DNA of 64,000 nucleotides from Podarcis cretensis (GCA_951804945.1 OX638156.1:40238001-40302000); one strand, 5' to 3'; positions 22,678 to 35,913 are shown, counted from the first letter of the stretch. Numbers and translations: made by a program. The notes: generated from the letters alone by a model not told the origin.

Positions 22678-24885
22678 TTATTATTTGTACTCCGCCCATC
22701 TGGCTGGGTCTCCCCAGCCACTCTGGGCGGCTTCCATAAAAACCAAAAATACACTAAAATATCACAGATTAAAAACTTCCCTGAACAGGGCTGCCTTAAG
22801 ATGTCTTCTGAATGTCAGGTAGTTATTTATTGCTTTGACATCTGCTGGAAGGGCGTTCCACAGGGCAGGCGCCACTACCGAGAAGGCCCTCTGCCTGGTT
22901 CCCTGTAGCTTTGCTTCTCGCAATGAAGGAACCGCCAGAAGGCCCTCGGCGCTGGACCTCAGCGTCCGGGCAGAATGATGGGGGTGGAGACGCTCCTTCA
23001 AGTATACTGGGCTTTAAAGGTCAACACCAGCACTTTGAATTGTGCTCGGAAACATACTGGGAGCCAATGTAGGTCTTTCAAGACCGGTGTTATGTGGTCT
23101 CGGCGGCCGCCCCCAGGCACCAGTCTAGCTGCCGCATTCTGGATTAGTTGTAGTTTCCGAGTCACCTTCAAAGGTAGCCCCACATAGAGCGCATTGCAGT
23201 AGTCCAAGCGGGAGATAACTAGAGCATGCACCACTCTGGCGAGACAGTCCGCAGGCAGGTAGGGTCTCAGCCTGCGTACCAGGTGGAGTTGGTAGACAGC
23301 TGCCCTGGATACAGAATTGAACTGCGCCTCCATGGACAGCTGTGAGTCCAAAATGACTCCCAGGCTGCGCACCTGGTCCTTCAGGGGCACAGTTACCCTA
23401 TTCAGGACCAGGGAGTCCTCCACACCTGCCCGCCCCCTGTCCCCCAAAAACAGTACTTCTGTCTTGTCAGGATTCAACCTCAATCCATTAGCCGCCATCC
23501 ATCCTCCAACCACCTCCAGGCACTCACACAGGACCTTCACCGCCTTCACTGGTTCTGATTTGAAAGAGAGGTAGAGCTGGGTATCATCTGCATATTGATG
23601 GACACCCAGTCCAAACCCCCTGATGATCTCTCCCAGCGGCTTCATATAGATGTTAAAAAGCATGGGGGAGAGGACGGAACCCTGAGGCACCCCACAAGCG
23701 AGGGCCCAGGGGTCTGAACACTCATCCCCCACCACCACTTTCTGAACACGTCCCAGGAGGAAGGAGCGAAACCACTGTATAACAGTGCCCCCAGCTCCCA
23801 GCCCCTCTAGACGGTCCAGAAGGATGTTATGGTCGATTGTCTCAAAGGCCGCTGAGAGATCCAGCAGAACTAGGAAACAACTCTCACCTTTGTCCCTAGC
23901 TCGCCGGAGATCATCAACCAGCGCGACCAAGGCAGTTTCAGTCCCATGATGAGGCCTGAATCCCGATTGGAAGGGATCCAAATGGTCCGCATCCTCCAGG
24001 CGTGCCTGGAGTTGTTCAGCAACCACGCGCTCAATCACCTTGCCCGAGAAAGGAAGATTTGAGACTGGGCGATAGTTGGCCATACTGGCCGGGTCTAAAG
24101 ATGGTTTTTTAAGAAGCGGTTTAATGACCGCCTCTTTCAGCGGATCTGGGAATGTTCCCTCACAGAGGGAAGCATTCACCACCCCACAGAGCCCATCGCC
24201 CAGCCCTTCCCGGCTTGCTTTTATTAGCCAGGATGGGCAAGGATCCAGGAGACAGGTGGTTGGTTTCACGCGTCCAAGCAGCCTGTCCACATCCTCGGGG
24301 GTAACGGATTGAAATTGATTCCATGCAACTTGACCAGACAGAGCTCTAGCACTCTCCCGCCCCGGCACTGCTCCCACAGTGGTGTCTAGCTCCTTCCGAA
24401 TATGAGTGATTTTATCTGCAAAAAACTTTGCAAAATCGTTGCAGGAGATCTTGGGGTCTTTACAAGACCCCGGTGGTAAAGGTGGTTCCGTTAAATTACG
24501 AACCACCTGAAAGAGTCTCCTGCTACTATTTTCTGCAGATGCAATAGAGGCGGTGAAGAAAGTCTTCTTCGCCGTCGCTATCGCCACTTGGTAGGCTCGA
24601 CGTTGAGCTCTAACCTGTGTCCGGTCAGATTCGGAGTGAGTTTTTTGCCACCGACGCTCTAGCCGCCTCAGCGATTGTTTCATCGCCCTCAGCTCCGAAG
24701 AAAACCACGGAGCTGTCCGGGCTCCATGCAATCGGAGAGGGCGCTTCGGAGCCAGACAGTCGATAGCCCTGGTTAACTCCGCATTCCAGCGGGCCACCAG
24801 GGAATCAGCTGAAAGGCCATCAACATGGGATAAAGCATCCCCTACCACTCTCTGGAAACCATTTGGATCCATTAAGTGGCGGGGG
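22629..24885 (-). mobile_element. 5'-truncated young L2-clade LINE: RT part of ORF2, 3' UTR and (ATT)n tail
   Basis: 624-aa ORF 22998-24872 with NYRPVSNLPF, QSGFR, LDLSAAF, GVPQGSVLSP, YADD and QNAAARL motifs; C-terminus continues in another frame (22762-23001); microsatellite tail 22629-22677. Confidence 0.93.
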
Positions 24886-25493
24886 AACTAAAACACTGCT
24901 AAATACTTGCTAAGGATTTGTCACCAGTAAAGAACAAATAAAGGTGTGCTTTAATGATACCATATCTCTAATCAGCACCACCTGCAAAGTCCTGATCAAA
25001 GTAGAATAAATCTTACATCATTTGCAATGTAAGCATGGAGCCAAACAAAGCTGTTCAGAATACACATGCTATGTCATCCTCAGTTGACCTTTGAGAAAAT
25101 AGTGACTTGCCAGTTCATCAGGGACCTAGTTACAGTGATGACAATCTAGTACCAAATGAACCTCTCTCCGGTTATAATCATCTCTAGTGAAAATCATGTT
25201 TGCTGATTATCCAATAGCCACACATACAGTATACAGAGCTTGCCTGTTAATACTGTTGATCAGTTTTTCTAAGTTTAACCTACATGTTTTACAACCAAAT
25301 GCAGCAGAACCCACCACTTAGCATTTCCAGCTATACACACATGGCAAAATATACACATGCTCAAATATAACCAAACATATGCAGTTTCTTTCACAGAAGT
25401 GACATCCGTACAGGAAATCTATCATACATGAAACAGCCCTTAAGTTTCTGGCATTCAGTTTTTCCTCAAAAGGTCAGATTGTGATCAACATAC

Positions 25494-25604
25494 CAGCTCT
25501 TTAAGCACGTCAATCAGAACCTCCACATTCCAGGTATGGGACTGTGTTCCATCATTTTTATCTCTTCCATCACTCCAAATTCCACTTCCCGGAGCAGAGA
25601 TGGA
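25494..25604 (-). CDS. CNOT1: CNOT1 coding exon 10
   Basis: 111 nt, [37 protein letters not shown]. Confidence 0.95.
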
Positions 25605-26708
25605 CTGTAAATTAAGCATGTAGGTTTAGAATTCCTGTGACGTCGGTTGTGTAGATGGATTTAGTAGATCAAGAAATAAGATCAAGTGAAAGAATGGAGT
25701 TTGAATTTTACGATTGCAACACATTTATTACTGCAGATCAGCAATACTTAAACTGTATTCTATAATGCACTGTCTGCTTGTCCCTTAACAATAAAATAGA
25801 GGGAAAGGCTTTATGAGCAAACAGTAATAAACAGAATTAAAAACAAAACCTCTTTTTTGTGAACATTGGACAAAAAGCAGGAGCATGGAGTACTATTATG
25901 ATTGTCTCTCCTGAGGAACGGAGCAACCAGGAGCAACCAGGCAGGGGCACATATTAAGGGAGACTTAGATAATCTGATCCAAGTTTTTCCACAATCCCTT
26001 AAACTTGGCTCAGTAGCATACCAGAAGCCAGTGCAGTCCTTTCAGCAATAGTGTTGTCAAAATTTTTCTCCCTCCTGCAACCTTGCTACAGCATTCTGCA
26101 CCAGCTGCAACTTCCAGACATGCCTTAAGAAAAGTCACAAGCAGGGCACACTGCAGCAATCCAATTGGGTGGTGTATGAACTATCATGGCCAATCTATCA
26201 TGATCCAGGAACGACCACAGCTGTCGTATCAAATGAAGCTGGCAGAAGGCACTCCTATCCACTGAAGCCACTTAAGCCTTGAGTAACAACAATGGATTTA
26301 GTGCAGCCCCACCCTACTGACCTATTTCCTGCCCACCCGGAGAACCTCCATCTTTCAAGCTCAGTTTATTGGCCACCCTCTAGCCCATCACTGCACCCAG
26401 GCACCAGTTCATTTGCACAGCCACACTGAATTAAGATGGTACAGAGAAACAGAGTTGGATATTATGACACAGCACTTCCAAGTCCCCTTATAACCCCCCA
26501 CCACCACCACCAACAGGTTACACAGAGCTGTTAAACAGCATTTGGCATAAAATGCTGAAGTGCTGGAAGTCATTTAACCTTTCAGTCATGCTTGTTGCTC
26601 AAGATCATAGGAATTAAGCGGCTCCAAAATCTTCTGTGTAAACATCATTCAGTAGTTCTGTTTAAGTTATATTCAGTTACAACACCTCTCAACACAGAGG
26701 ACACTCAC

Positions 26709-26835
26709 CTGCAAAGGAATGCCGTCTGCCAATCCCGAGTGTGTTCGAGCCATCATTCCCAAAACTCTGGCAACCTGGGCAGCAGTGACCTCTCCCACAC
26801 CAAACTGAGTGATGATGTTGCGACATTCCTCCACA
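26709..26835 (-). CDS. CNOT1: CNOT1 coding exon 9
   Basis: 127 nt, [42 protein letters not shown]. Confidence 0.95.
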
Positions 26836-27239
26836 CTAAAAAGGTAAGTCACAATGACCTCCACAAAACTTAGTATACAATTGTTTTCTATCAAGTATGT
26901 CTATTTTAGGGAGTATTACTGATACTCAAGTCAGTACATTAAGCTGGACTAGGGTGGAATCTACGTGCATATAAAAACCATTCTGAAAATACTTTTTAAA
27001 AAAGCGTTTTAAAAAATACATTGAATTTTCCATAAGGCTCACCATCGCCGCCTAGTGTGACATTGTATATTGCACTTAAAACACACTAAAAGTTTTACTT
27101 GCAGCTGTATAGCTGTCCTGCAACCTCCAACAGCCTTCTCAATTGACATAACTTGTCCTTTCATTTCAATGGGGCTATTCAAAGTATGACTTAAGAGTCA
27201 GGACATCAACTCCAAATTTCAGTTAATTTATCTACATAC

Positions 27240-27408
27240 CTTGTACAAAAGCCATAGCCAACTTCCTGCATGAAGTCTGCAAGAGAGCTCTCCATCATTG
27301 TTTTTGCTATCCCTCCAGAATCAGGCAGGATCCTGTCCATTAGAATGTCCCGTTTTTCAGGGTATAGGAGTGGTGCAAGCACCACAGGGCAACGTTCCTG
27401 GGGAAAAT
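27240..27408 (-). CDS. CNOT1: CNOT1 coding exon 8
   Basis: 169 nt, [55 protein letters not shown]. Confidence 0.95.
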
Positions 27409-28287
27409 CTGAGATCCCAGAGTATTTTAGCATTTCAGAAGTACCAATGACCAACACAGAATCCCAATAATCATGTTTCATATTGTGAAAATCATGTTAT
27501 GACCAAAGGAGTTTTGAATAAAAAGGTGTTTAAGATCACTATCTTGGAATTCAGAGACACAGAAAGCAATTTATTTTATACCCCAACTTTTGGCCTATTT
27601 ACTGTCCTACTGTGACAGTACAGCTATTTAGATACTATATGACCTTAGTTGCATACCATGATGAGCCATACTTAATACTTTACCATGAACATGTCTCGCT
27701 TGGCCCCTCTGCTCCTTCCCACACACGCTGGGAGGAAGCAAACAATTATCCCAGGGCTTAATATTATGACCAAACCAGCAATTATGGTTCACGTTGCTCT
27801 CAACAAGTCAATTATTGCCCATTAAGGTGTGTGCACAGTAAACTATGGTTTACTATGTTGTGCAAACTGGGCCTCACAGTACTGCCTCCATTACATCCTC
27901 TGGACTGTCACAGCAACATTCTAAAGCACCTTGAAACTGCCACAAGTTTAAACAGGAAAGGGAAGGGGAAGGCTAAAATAGTAGGGCCAGAGAAGCCCAG
28001 ACCAAAATTTCAGAGGGGTGGAAAGCATCAATTTATATCCAAGCCCCATCCCATTTCTAAGAGGAGTGCCAACAATAATACCCATCTAAAGTTGTGATAG
28101 CCAAACTTCTACCAATTATAGTATCTGAAAGACATAATGTATAGACAATCCTATAAGGATCTGCATTAAGATAATCGTTTCAGGATCCTCGTTTCTTTTC
28201 TGGATTGCCACCAAATGTTTACCCCCCACAAAAATTTATTCCTTTTAGAAATGGGTTTCAAATAGATGTATCAAATACAATACTTGC

Positions 28288-28491
28288 CTCTACGTAATGT
28301 TTTGAGAAAAGCGTCAATCTGTTCCTGTCCAACCCCAAAGGCTCCCTTCTGTCCAAAAAGAAGATGGGATAGGAGGAGGTGCAAGACCTCTATTGCAATA
28401 TCTTGGAAGCCACCTTCTTGATTTCCACTGACGTCTGCGTCAATGTATGAACGCAGAAGATCAGGAAGTTTCTGTTTAATAAACTGAGCAG
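28288..28491 (-). CDS. CNOT1: CNOT1 coding exon 7 (GC donor)
   Basis: 204 nt, [67 protein letters not shown]; donor GAG|gcaagt. Confidence 0.93.
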
Positions 28492-28492
28492 C

Positions 28493-28495
<3 letters not shown>

Positions 28496-28535
<40 letters not shown>
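28496..28535. repeat. (GA)20 microsatellite
   Basis: Seen directly; forms the polypyrimidine tract of the exon 7 acceptor. Confidence 0.95.
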
Positions 28536-28539
<4 letters not shown>

Positions 28540-29538
28540 GAAAGCAGTTAACTAAATTGCTTTTTAAAAAAGTTTATGCATATGCTCTTCTGGTTTATCA
28601 ACAGCACTTGCCAACTGCTCTGATCGTCACACAATAAGTGTGACAGTATATAGACAGTTGCATACTAGAACAACCGGTCAGAATAACTCAGCACCACCCT
28701 GCCTTGGAATGCAACCTCACTTGATGCCACCTTGCATTTCCTTACACTGTTTGGTACAAGCACAAGAAAGCAGGAGTGGAAGCTGGTACTTCTCCGGGCA
28801 TACATGCTTGGCTTTTTCACCAATTTCACTTTTTCCTGCTTAGGTTGCACCTAAAACCTGCCCACCCTATCATGACTCTACTCAAATTCTAATGGTGATC
28901 CAGCTATAACTTCTATTACACCCTAAGAATTTTTACTTCCAAATATACTTCACACAGGACTAACAAGTGGAAACTCAGATTAATGGAAAAAATGTTGCCT
29001 GTAGTTACCTCATTTAATTAAGAAAGAAGGGAATATTTTGGATCAGTGACCCGCAGATCAACTACTTTCAGAGTCCAGGTCGATAGAACTGACATAAGGA
29101 AGCAGATTTCATATTTCTTAATTACCTCTTAAGATTTTTTGGGTGGGTGTGTTGTATTAGATTTATATTGTGAGCTCAGAGCAGCTTACATATGGTTCCC
29201 ATGTTGTCTTCCCTTTCTGGAAGGGCTCAAGGAGAGCTGTATCTTATGTCTTCAGAACATTCTATTAGCCACAAAGATCAGGCAAGATTTTCAAGATCTG
29301 GGGTGTTTCCCCTCCCTCCAAACATCAGCAGAGGCAACTACAAGGATGATCCTTGAATGAGCTAACTGGACCTTGCACTGTGGTCCCTTCTGGCCCTTGG
29401 ATTCTACAACTTAAGCAACTAGATCCAGGAGAAGGATGAAAACTAAAGTCTCTTATAGACAACTCAGGAATCAGATTATACTAAAACTGAAGTAAAATCT
29501 GGTATGTGTATCTATAATACTATACAAATTTATCTTAC

Positions 29539-29593
29539 CAAAACCTCGTAGATCTGGGTTGAAGGAGTTTAGCAAAGCAAGGCCAAAAATAAC
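29539..29593 (-). CDS. CNOT1: CNOT1 coding exon 6
   Basis: 55 nt, VIFGLALLNSFNPDLRGF. Confidence 0.93.
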
Positions 29594-29899
29594 CTACAAA
29601 TAGAAGAAAGAACTGCATTATCACCTATCACATACATAGTCCAGCTGTCTGGCAACTAGACTGGCAAAGACAAACACCAGGGCTGAACTCTACTGTCCTC
29701 CCCACAACTTTCCTCATCCCACTGAGAGTTAAAAAACCCCCCACTATGGATGCCCATGAGGTGGATTAGGATTTGGAGGATGACGTTCTTGGCAGCGCTA
29801 CTACTCTAAAGCAAGATGGACAGGAAATCATTGTGACTAATGCTACACCTTATTTAATATGGTTGGAACATTTCCAGCTGTTAACCTTCCTCAGATTCT

Positions 29900-30870
29900 G
29901 TCAGGATGTCAGTCCCTCCATAGGATTCCTATTGGGGCCAGTGCTTTTAATTTGTTTATAAATGATCTATATTTTGGTAGCCAAGTTCATAGCCAACATC
30001 AAATTATTTGGGGCATTAAAACAAAATGGTGCTCCACAAGATCTTCTCCAAACTGGGTGACTGGACATTTTAAAAGTAAATGCAGTTCAGCTTAAAACAA
30101 GTGAAAAGCGATAAACAAAAGCCTAAAAAAAACACCGATGAGATCCAAACTGAGAGAGTGACTAGGAAAAAGATCTTGGGAGTTGTGATGGACAGTTTCA
30201 TGAAAATACTGGTGTAGAGTGCAGCTGTTCTGAAAACAGCAGATTATATGATGATAAAAGTGTTAATGTTTTATGCTTTTCTTTATATTCTGTTGTTATT
30301 GTTTCTGCTTGTTTTTTAATGAAGAATAATTGTTGATGTTACAAATTATAAAACCAATAAAAAATTATTTACAAAAAAATGAAAACAGCAGATTTCATGC
30401 ATACAATTAGAAAGGAAATAATAATTAAAACTATCACTGTCATGGTGCCTTTAAACAAATCTATGATTTGCCTGTGTTCAGAGTAGCGTGTAGAATTCTG
30501 TTCACCACACCTCAAAAAGCATATTGTAGAGCTACAAATGGTGCAGAAAAGGGCAATTAGCTTGAGCAACTGAAGGAACTGCCTAGTGAGAGAGTTTCAA
30601 TGACTGGGGCTAGTTGGGGGGTGAGGTGGTGGTAATGACATGATAGAGGTCTATAAAATTATGCATGCTGTTGAAAAAGTCACTGGACAAATATTCATTC
30701 TTCATTCATAATACCAGAACTCAGGCTCAGATAATGAAGCTGAATGTTGGGATATTCAGGTTGGACAAAAGGAGGCATTTCTTCACATAAAAAGCATGCA
30801 ACGATAGCCAACATTTTTAATGGTCAGACTAAAAGGGGATCAGACTACTTCATGGAAGATAAATCTATGG
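29900..30870 (+). mobile_element. Decayed CR1-type LINE fragment
   Basis: CR1-like stretches (gatcttgggagttgtgatggacag, gacatgatagaggtctataaaattatgcatg); boundaries approximate. Confidence 0.6.
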
Positions 30871-30881
30871 ACTTAACCCAC

Positions 30882-30950
30882 CTCTTGAACCTTGCTTAAT
30901 TTGATAACTTTGCTCAGCTGAGTGAATAGATGGGGTGACGGCTTAAGACT
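30882..30950 (-). CDS. CNOT1: CNOT1 coding exon 5
   Basis: 69 nt, [23 protein letters not shown]. Confidence 0.94.
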
Positions 30951-31387
30951 CTGAAAGAAACAAGTTATATATGAAATGCTTATGTTTACAGTTTAACAGA
31001 ATACTATACCAAGACAAAGATTCTCTGTGTCATAAGTTCCTCTACAGAAAAAATAAAATCAACTTCTGCTCATTAGTGGTACTTCCCAACCTCTCTGAAG
31101 ATAATATCATTTGTTGCCGAACTACCAGTATTCTCCAATTCCAGCATACAAAGTTCTGTAAATTGCTACAGAAGCCCCAATGAGGAGTGGGTGTTGCAGA
31201 GCAAAGAAATGTAAAATAAGTCAATTACCTGGATATTTTACGAATACAGAATTTACATGACATAAATCTTCAAAACTCCTTTGTAATAATGAACATAGGT
31301 GTACATTTTGTAAAATTAGCTCACTGACACCTGAATAGGTTTTTCTTTAACATTATTGTTAACAGCACTTTAAAACTGCATACAAAC

Positions 31388-31486
31388 CTTTTGATAATGC
31401 AATGGATTTTCAATAGCATAGGACAGCGTCGAAATAAAATTTGGCTTTGTAATCAATGATGCACACTCCTGGATCAGAAACTGCGT
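31388..31486 (-). CDS. CNOT1: CNOT1 coding exon 4
   Basis: 99 nt, [33 protein letters not shown]. Confidence 0.95.
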
Positions 31487-32784
31487 CTGAAAAGGAAGGA
31501 GACAGCTGTAGCAAAAGTTTTGGTTTGGTTTGGGGGAGGCACCTATTATCTAGTTACAAGATATTACCAGGATTTTGTTTCTGTAAACATAATATATATG
31601 TCCATGAAAGTACTTCAAATTGTCTTCTTACTATAGGATATGTTCAACAAATATTTTGAAATCATAAAGATGAGATGGCAGATTAAACTATTTTGGTTAG
31701 TCTTTCAAGAAGATGAACGCAATTCACAATTCTTAGTCATTATTGAGTATGCCCAGCACAACAAACATCATCTGAAAACTGTATCCATAGTAACAAAATA
31801 GAAGCTAATATTAAGAAATATTTTACAGACAAGCCAAACAAGTGACTTGACTTGACTTGTAACTAAACTTGTGACTAAAATTCAAGTTACTGAACTCAGT
31901 TACTGAGTAATTCAAAGCTTGAGAAAAAGGAAGTTCCATCACACAAGGCCTTAGGAACAGCAGTATTCAAAAGTAGCTCAACTCTTCTATTTTTACATTT
32001 CCTGAAGTTCACAAATCTAAAATGTGTTGGGATTATTTACATTTACAAGCCACCTTAGAAGTACTCGGGGATACAGTTATTTCTATTTATGAATAGCTTC
32101 CTATGAAGCCTCCTGAAGCAATTAATAATACCAACAATTAACGCATATATGAAACAGTTCAAATACAACACATACACAGACTTGGCATTCAGATATGGCA
32201 CTTCTATGCAACTTTTGTACTCATAAGTGGGCTAAGCCAATCTGGAAAAAAAGCACAGGTGTTCTCTGGAGTAGAGCCTCTTTTAAACTCTCCCAGAAAG
32301 ATGTGCTTACCTGACTCCCTTCCAGATTTCTACAGGGTAACAAAAACAATGTTTTAGGAAGTTTTTGAACTAACTGCTGGACAGAAAATCAAGCTATATT
32401 TTAAAACTTAGGAACACAGGAACCTGTCTTATACAGAGTCAAACCACTGGTGCATCTAACTGGCAGGCACCTTTGTAGGGTTTCAGGCAGGAGTGCTTGG
32501 CATACCTGCCTGGAGATGCCTCTGGAACATTTTATATGAAAGGTTTGTGCTCTGTCAATGAGCTATAGGACATTTAAAAGTAGTGTTCTGTTGTAAATCT
32601 GCTGCCTGTTTTAAATGTATCCATATGTATGATGTTTTAGTAATAGTTTCAATGCTGCTTTTACTGTATGTATTTTCACAATGAATTTTGTAAGTCACTA
32701 CAAGATGGAAGCATTGTAGAATAAAAAAATGTAAAAATTAAAAATCAAGAAACTAATTGGAAATTCTTTAAGGACAAAATTTAC

Positions 32785-32892
32785 CTGATGGAAATCTTTA
32801 CCGCTACTTTTACCATCGCCACTGAAATCCACATGCGAGAATAGACAGCGTAGTAAATGCCTGTCTGCCTCAGGGCCGTGCCGATTCACAAT
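32785..32892 (-). CDS. CNOT1: CNOT1 coding exon 3
   Basis: 108 nt, [36 protein letters not shown]. Confidence 0.96.
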
Positions 32893-34810
32893 CTAGTTGC
32901 AAGAAAAACAAAAGAGCTGAAGCGAGGTACCATAGCATTTGTAACTACATAGAATCACAGAACTGTAGAATTGGAAGGGACCCTGAGGATCATCTAGTCC
33001 AACCCCCTGCAACACAGGAATATGCAGCTGTTCCTTATGCGGATTGACCTTCAACCTTGGTGTTTATCAGCACCATGTTCTAACTGAGTGTTTCTACCAC
33101 TTTCAGCTGCAACTCTTAAGGAGCAGGAGCCACACAGCTTTCTGCCAGGGTCCATGCTAGTAGCAAAAAGGAGAAAATAAGGGAAAGTCACAGAGTGTCC
33201 AGGTCACATTAAACTACAGTTTAAACAAGTTTTGGTTTAACATGACTGAACAGTGTGGTGGTAAACACTGCTCAAATCACTGCACAGCCTTAGTTAAAAC
33301 CTTTTAACTCCTGTTCTGAACCAACCACAGTTATTGGACCATTTTTATAGACAGTCCCACATACAATGCAGTGCAATAGTCTAAATGGGAAGTCAACAGA
33401 GGATGGGCAATTGTGGCCAAGGTATCACCACTCAGGCAAGGTCAAAGCTGGTGTATCCACCAAAGCTGAGAATAGGTAATTTGAGTTGTAAGATCATTTG
33501 AGCCTCCAGTGCTGGATCAATAAGCACCCCCAGCTGGACACCTGATCCTTTAGGGAGAGTAGAACACCATCTAGAACAGGCTGAATACTATTCACCTGGA
33601 TAGATAAACCAACCAAATAGGGCACACCAACTTTTCATACCAAGTGGACAGCAATGGTAATTTGACAGAGCCCATGGGCTGCACACTGCCTTGTTGCACA
33701 CATAGGAGCATGGCCAAAATTGATGCTGCCCCCCCACCCTGCCAGCCTTCACACTGCCTTCGTAAAGCTGCCTAAGTGAGGCGCCAGGCTTTGGAAAGGA
33801 GGCATGAAGCTCTGTAAGGGTCCTACAGTTCTCCCACCTCCTTCCTCCCAAAGCCTTGTTAGCTCTTTCCCAGCTTTGGGAAGGAGGTGGGAGGACTCTT
33901 AAGACATGGTTACAGCCCTCAGTCTTCCTTCCCAAAGCCCAGCTCCTCACTTAACCAGCTTTGGGAAGGCAGTGTGAAGAATGGGGTGGGTCTGTGTCAA
34001 ATGTTGCCGAGGGCTGCCAAAAAAAGCCTCAAGGGCTGCATGTGGCCCTTAGGTCATGCAATGGACCACCCTGAATCAATCAATACCTCTAATCTTCTGT
34101 GACTATGGGCAAGAGGGTTTCCACTTGCACAGCAGGGCTTTCCTTGCGCTCCTCCTCCCACTATCCCCAAAATTGGCTGCAAGGGGAGGTCAGAAGAATC
34201 CCCGAAACAGTGCACAGGAAGAAGGAGGAGGCTCATTCCATCTGGCAAGCTGCATTGCTTGTACTAATAGGGACATTCATCATAGTGTGATGTTCAATTC
34301 CACCCTGAACCTCTGTTTTTAAGAGTTCATCCAGTTCATTGCCATGCCCAAGCAGCGTGCACAGCCTCACTTGCATGTGATGAGCAACAAATATAAAGCT
34401 GAGTATCATCTTCATTCCGGTGACACCTTCAACCAAATCTTCAGATGATCTTTCTCAATGGTTTCATCAAGATGTTAAACAGTGTGGGCAGATGAATAGA
34501 ACTCTGCAGAACAAGCATCAAGCAGTACCTCCCAAACTTAAACCAGACAGCTGAACTGAAAGGACATTATTATTAATGGCACTGAACACTACTGAGAGGT
34601 CCAGGAGAATCAACAAGGTTCCATTTCCCATCTGCCAGCAAAGATCAGCCTACAGGATGACCAGAGTAATTTTTGGCTCCAAACCAGGTTAGAAGCCTAA
34701 CAGAAATGGATCTGGGTTAGGAACATTTGGCCTTCCTGATGTTGTTGAATCACAACTCCTATTATACTGTGGAACCATAAGAGGGACAGACAATTCAAAA
34801 CTTATCTGAT

Positions 34811-35163
34811 AAGGTAAAGGTAAAGGGACCCCTGACCATTAGGTCCAGTCGCGGCAGACTCTGGGGTTGCAGCGCTCATCTCACTTTATTGGCCGAGGGA
34901 GCCAGCATACAGCTTCTGGGTAATGTGGCCAGCATGACTAAGCCGCTTCTGGCAAACCAGAGCAGCGTACGGAAATGCCGTTTACCTTCCTGCCAGAGCG
35001 GTACCTATTTATCTACTTGCACTTTGACGTGCTTTTGAACTGCTAGGTTAGCAGGTGCAGGGACCAAATGGGAGCTCACCCCGTTGCAGGGATTCGAACC
35101 GCCAACCTTCTGATTGGCAAGTCCTAGGCTCTGTGGTTTAATCCACAGCGCCACCCGCGTCCC
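34811..35163 (-). mobile_element. Full-length Sauria SINE
   Basis: A/B boxes, (ACCTTT)n tail, probable TSD atctgataa (34804 and 35168). Confidence 0.9.
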
Positions 35164-35415
35164 TACAATCTGATAAAGCACCTCTCAAATAATTTTTCCC
35201 TGCCTAAAGCTTCGTAAAGGACACTGGAAGCTTATTACTGAGCAGCGGAAGAAGAGAAAGCAGCTTTTTGCCAGTGCTGTCTTTTGATAATGTGTGTGCA
35301 ATGAATCACATATTGGCTGTGTTTGCACATAAACTGTGGCTAATGTTATTTAACAGACCATGACTCACCTCGCAGACAAGCAAACAAGTCACAGCTTGTT
35401 TACTTCATATCAGAG

Positions 35416-35557
35416 CAGGTGCAGGGAACTGTGGCGCTCCAGATGTTGCTGAACTACAACTCCCATCATCCCTGACCCTGGCCACTAGCCATGCTTACTG
35501 GGACTGACGGGAGTTGTAGTTCAGCAGCATCTGGAGGGTCAGAGATTTCCGACCCCG
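35416..35557. mobile_element. Palindromic hAT-type MITE
   Basis: gaactacaactccc...gggagttgtagttc internal inverted repeat with CAGG-type termini. Confidence 0.8.
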
Positions 35558-35913
35558 TTCTAGATAATCAGATTCATCTAAGAATAATTAGAATGAGCAG
35601 GCCCCTACTCTCTTGACAACCTTGTGAGGAAGGATTTATTTACAATTTTCTATTTTAAAAAATACTTACAGCCCCACACATCATGAAAAATGGACATGGA
35701 AATTTTATACAAAATATCAGTTGAAAACAATATCTAGTTCATTAAAATCCTAAGCTAAATTCAGAAAACTAAACAAAATCACAAGAGCAACAAAACAGGA
35801 GTGCAGCAATACAGCAGAAGGGAAAGCATCCACTTGCCTGAAAGGCTTGGTAAAGAAGCATGTCTTAACTTGACACTGAAAATGTTACAATGACACACCC
35901 CAGAAGAGAAATA

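Noticed and set aside
1849-30725. Recurrent CCTGAG motif in CNOT1 introns as a family signature
   Set aside because: About ten occurrences in 30 kb is near chance expectation for a 6-mer; only those in hairpin loops were noted
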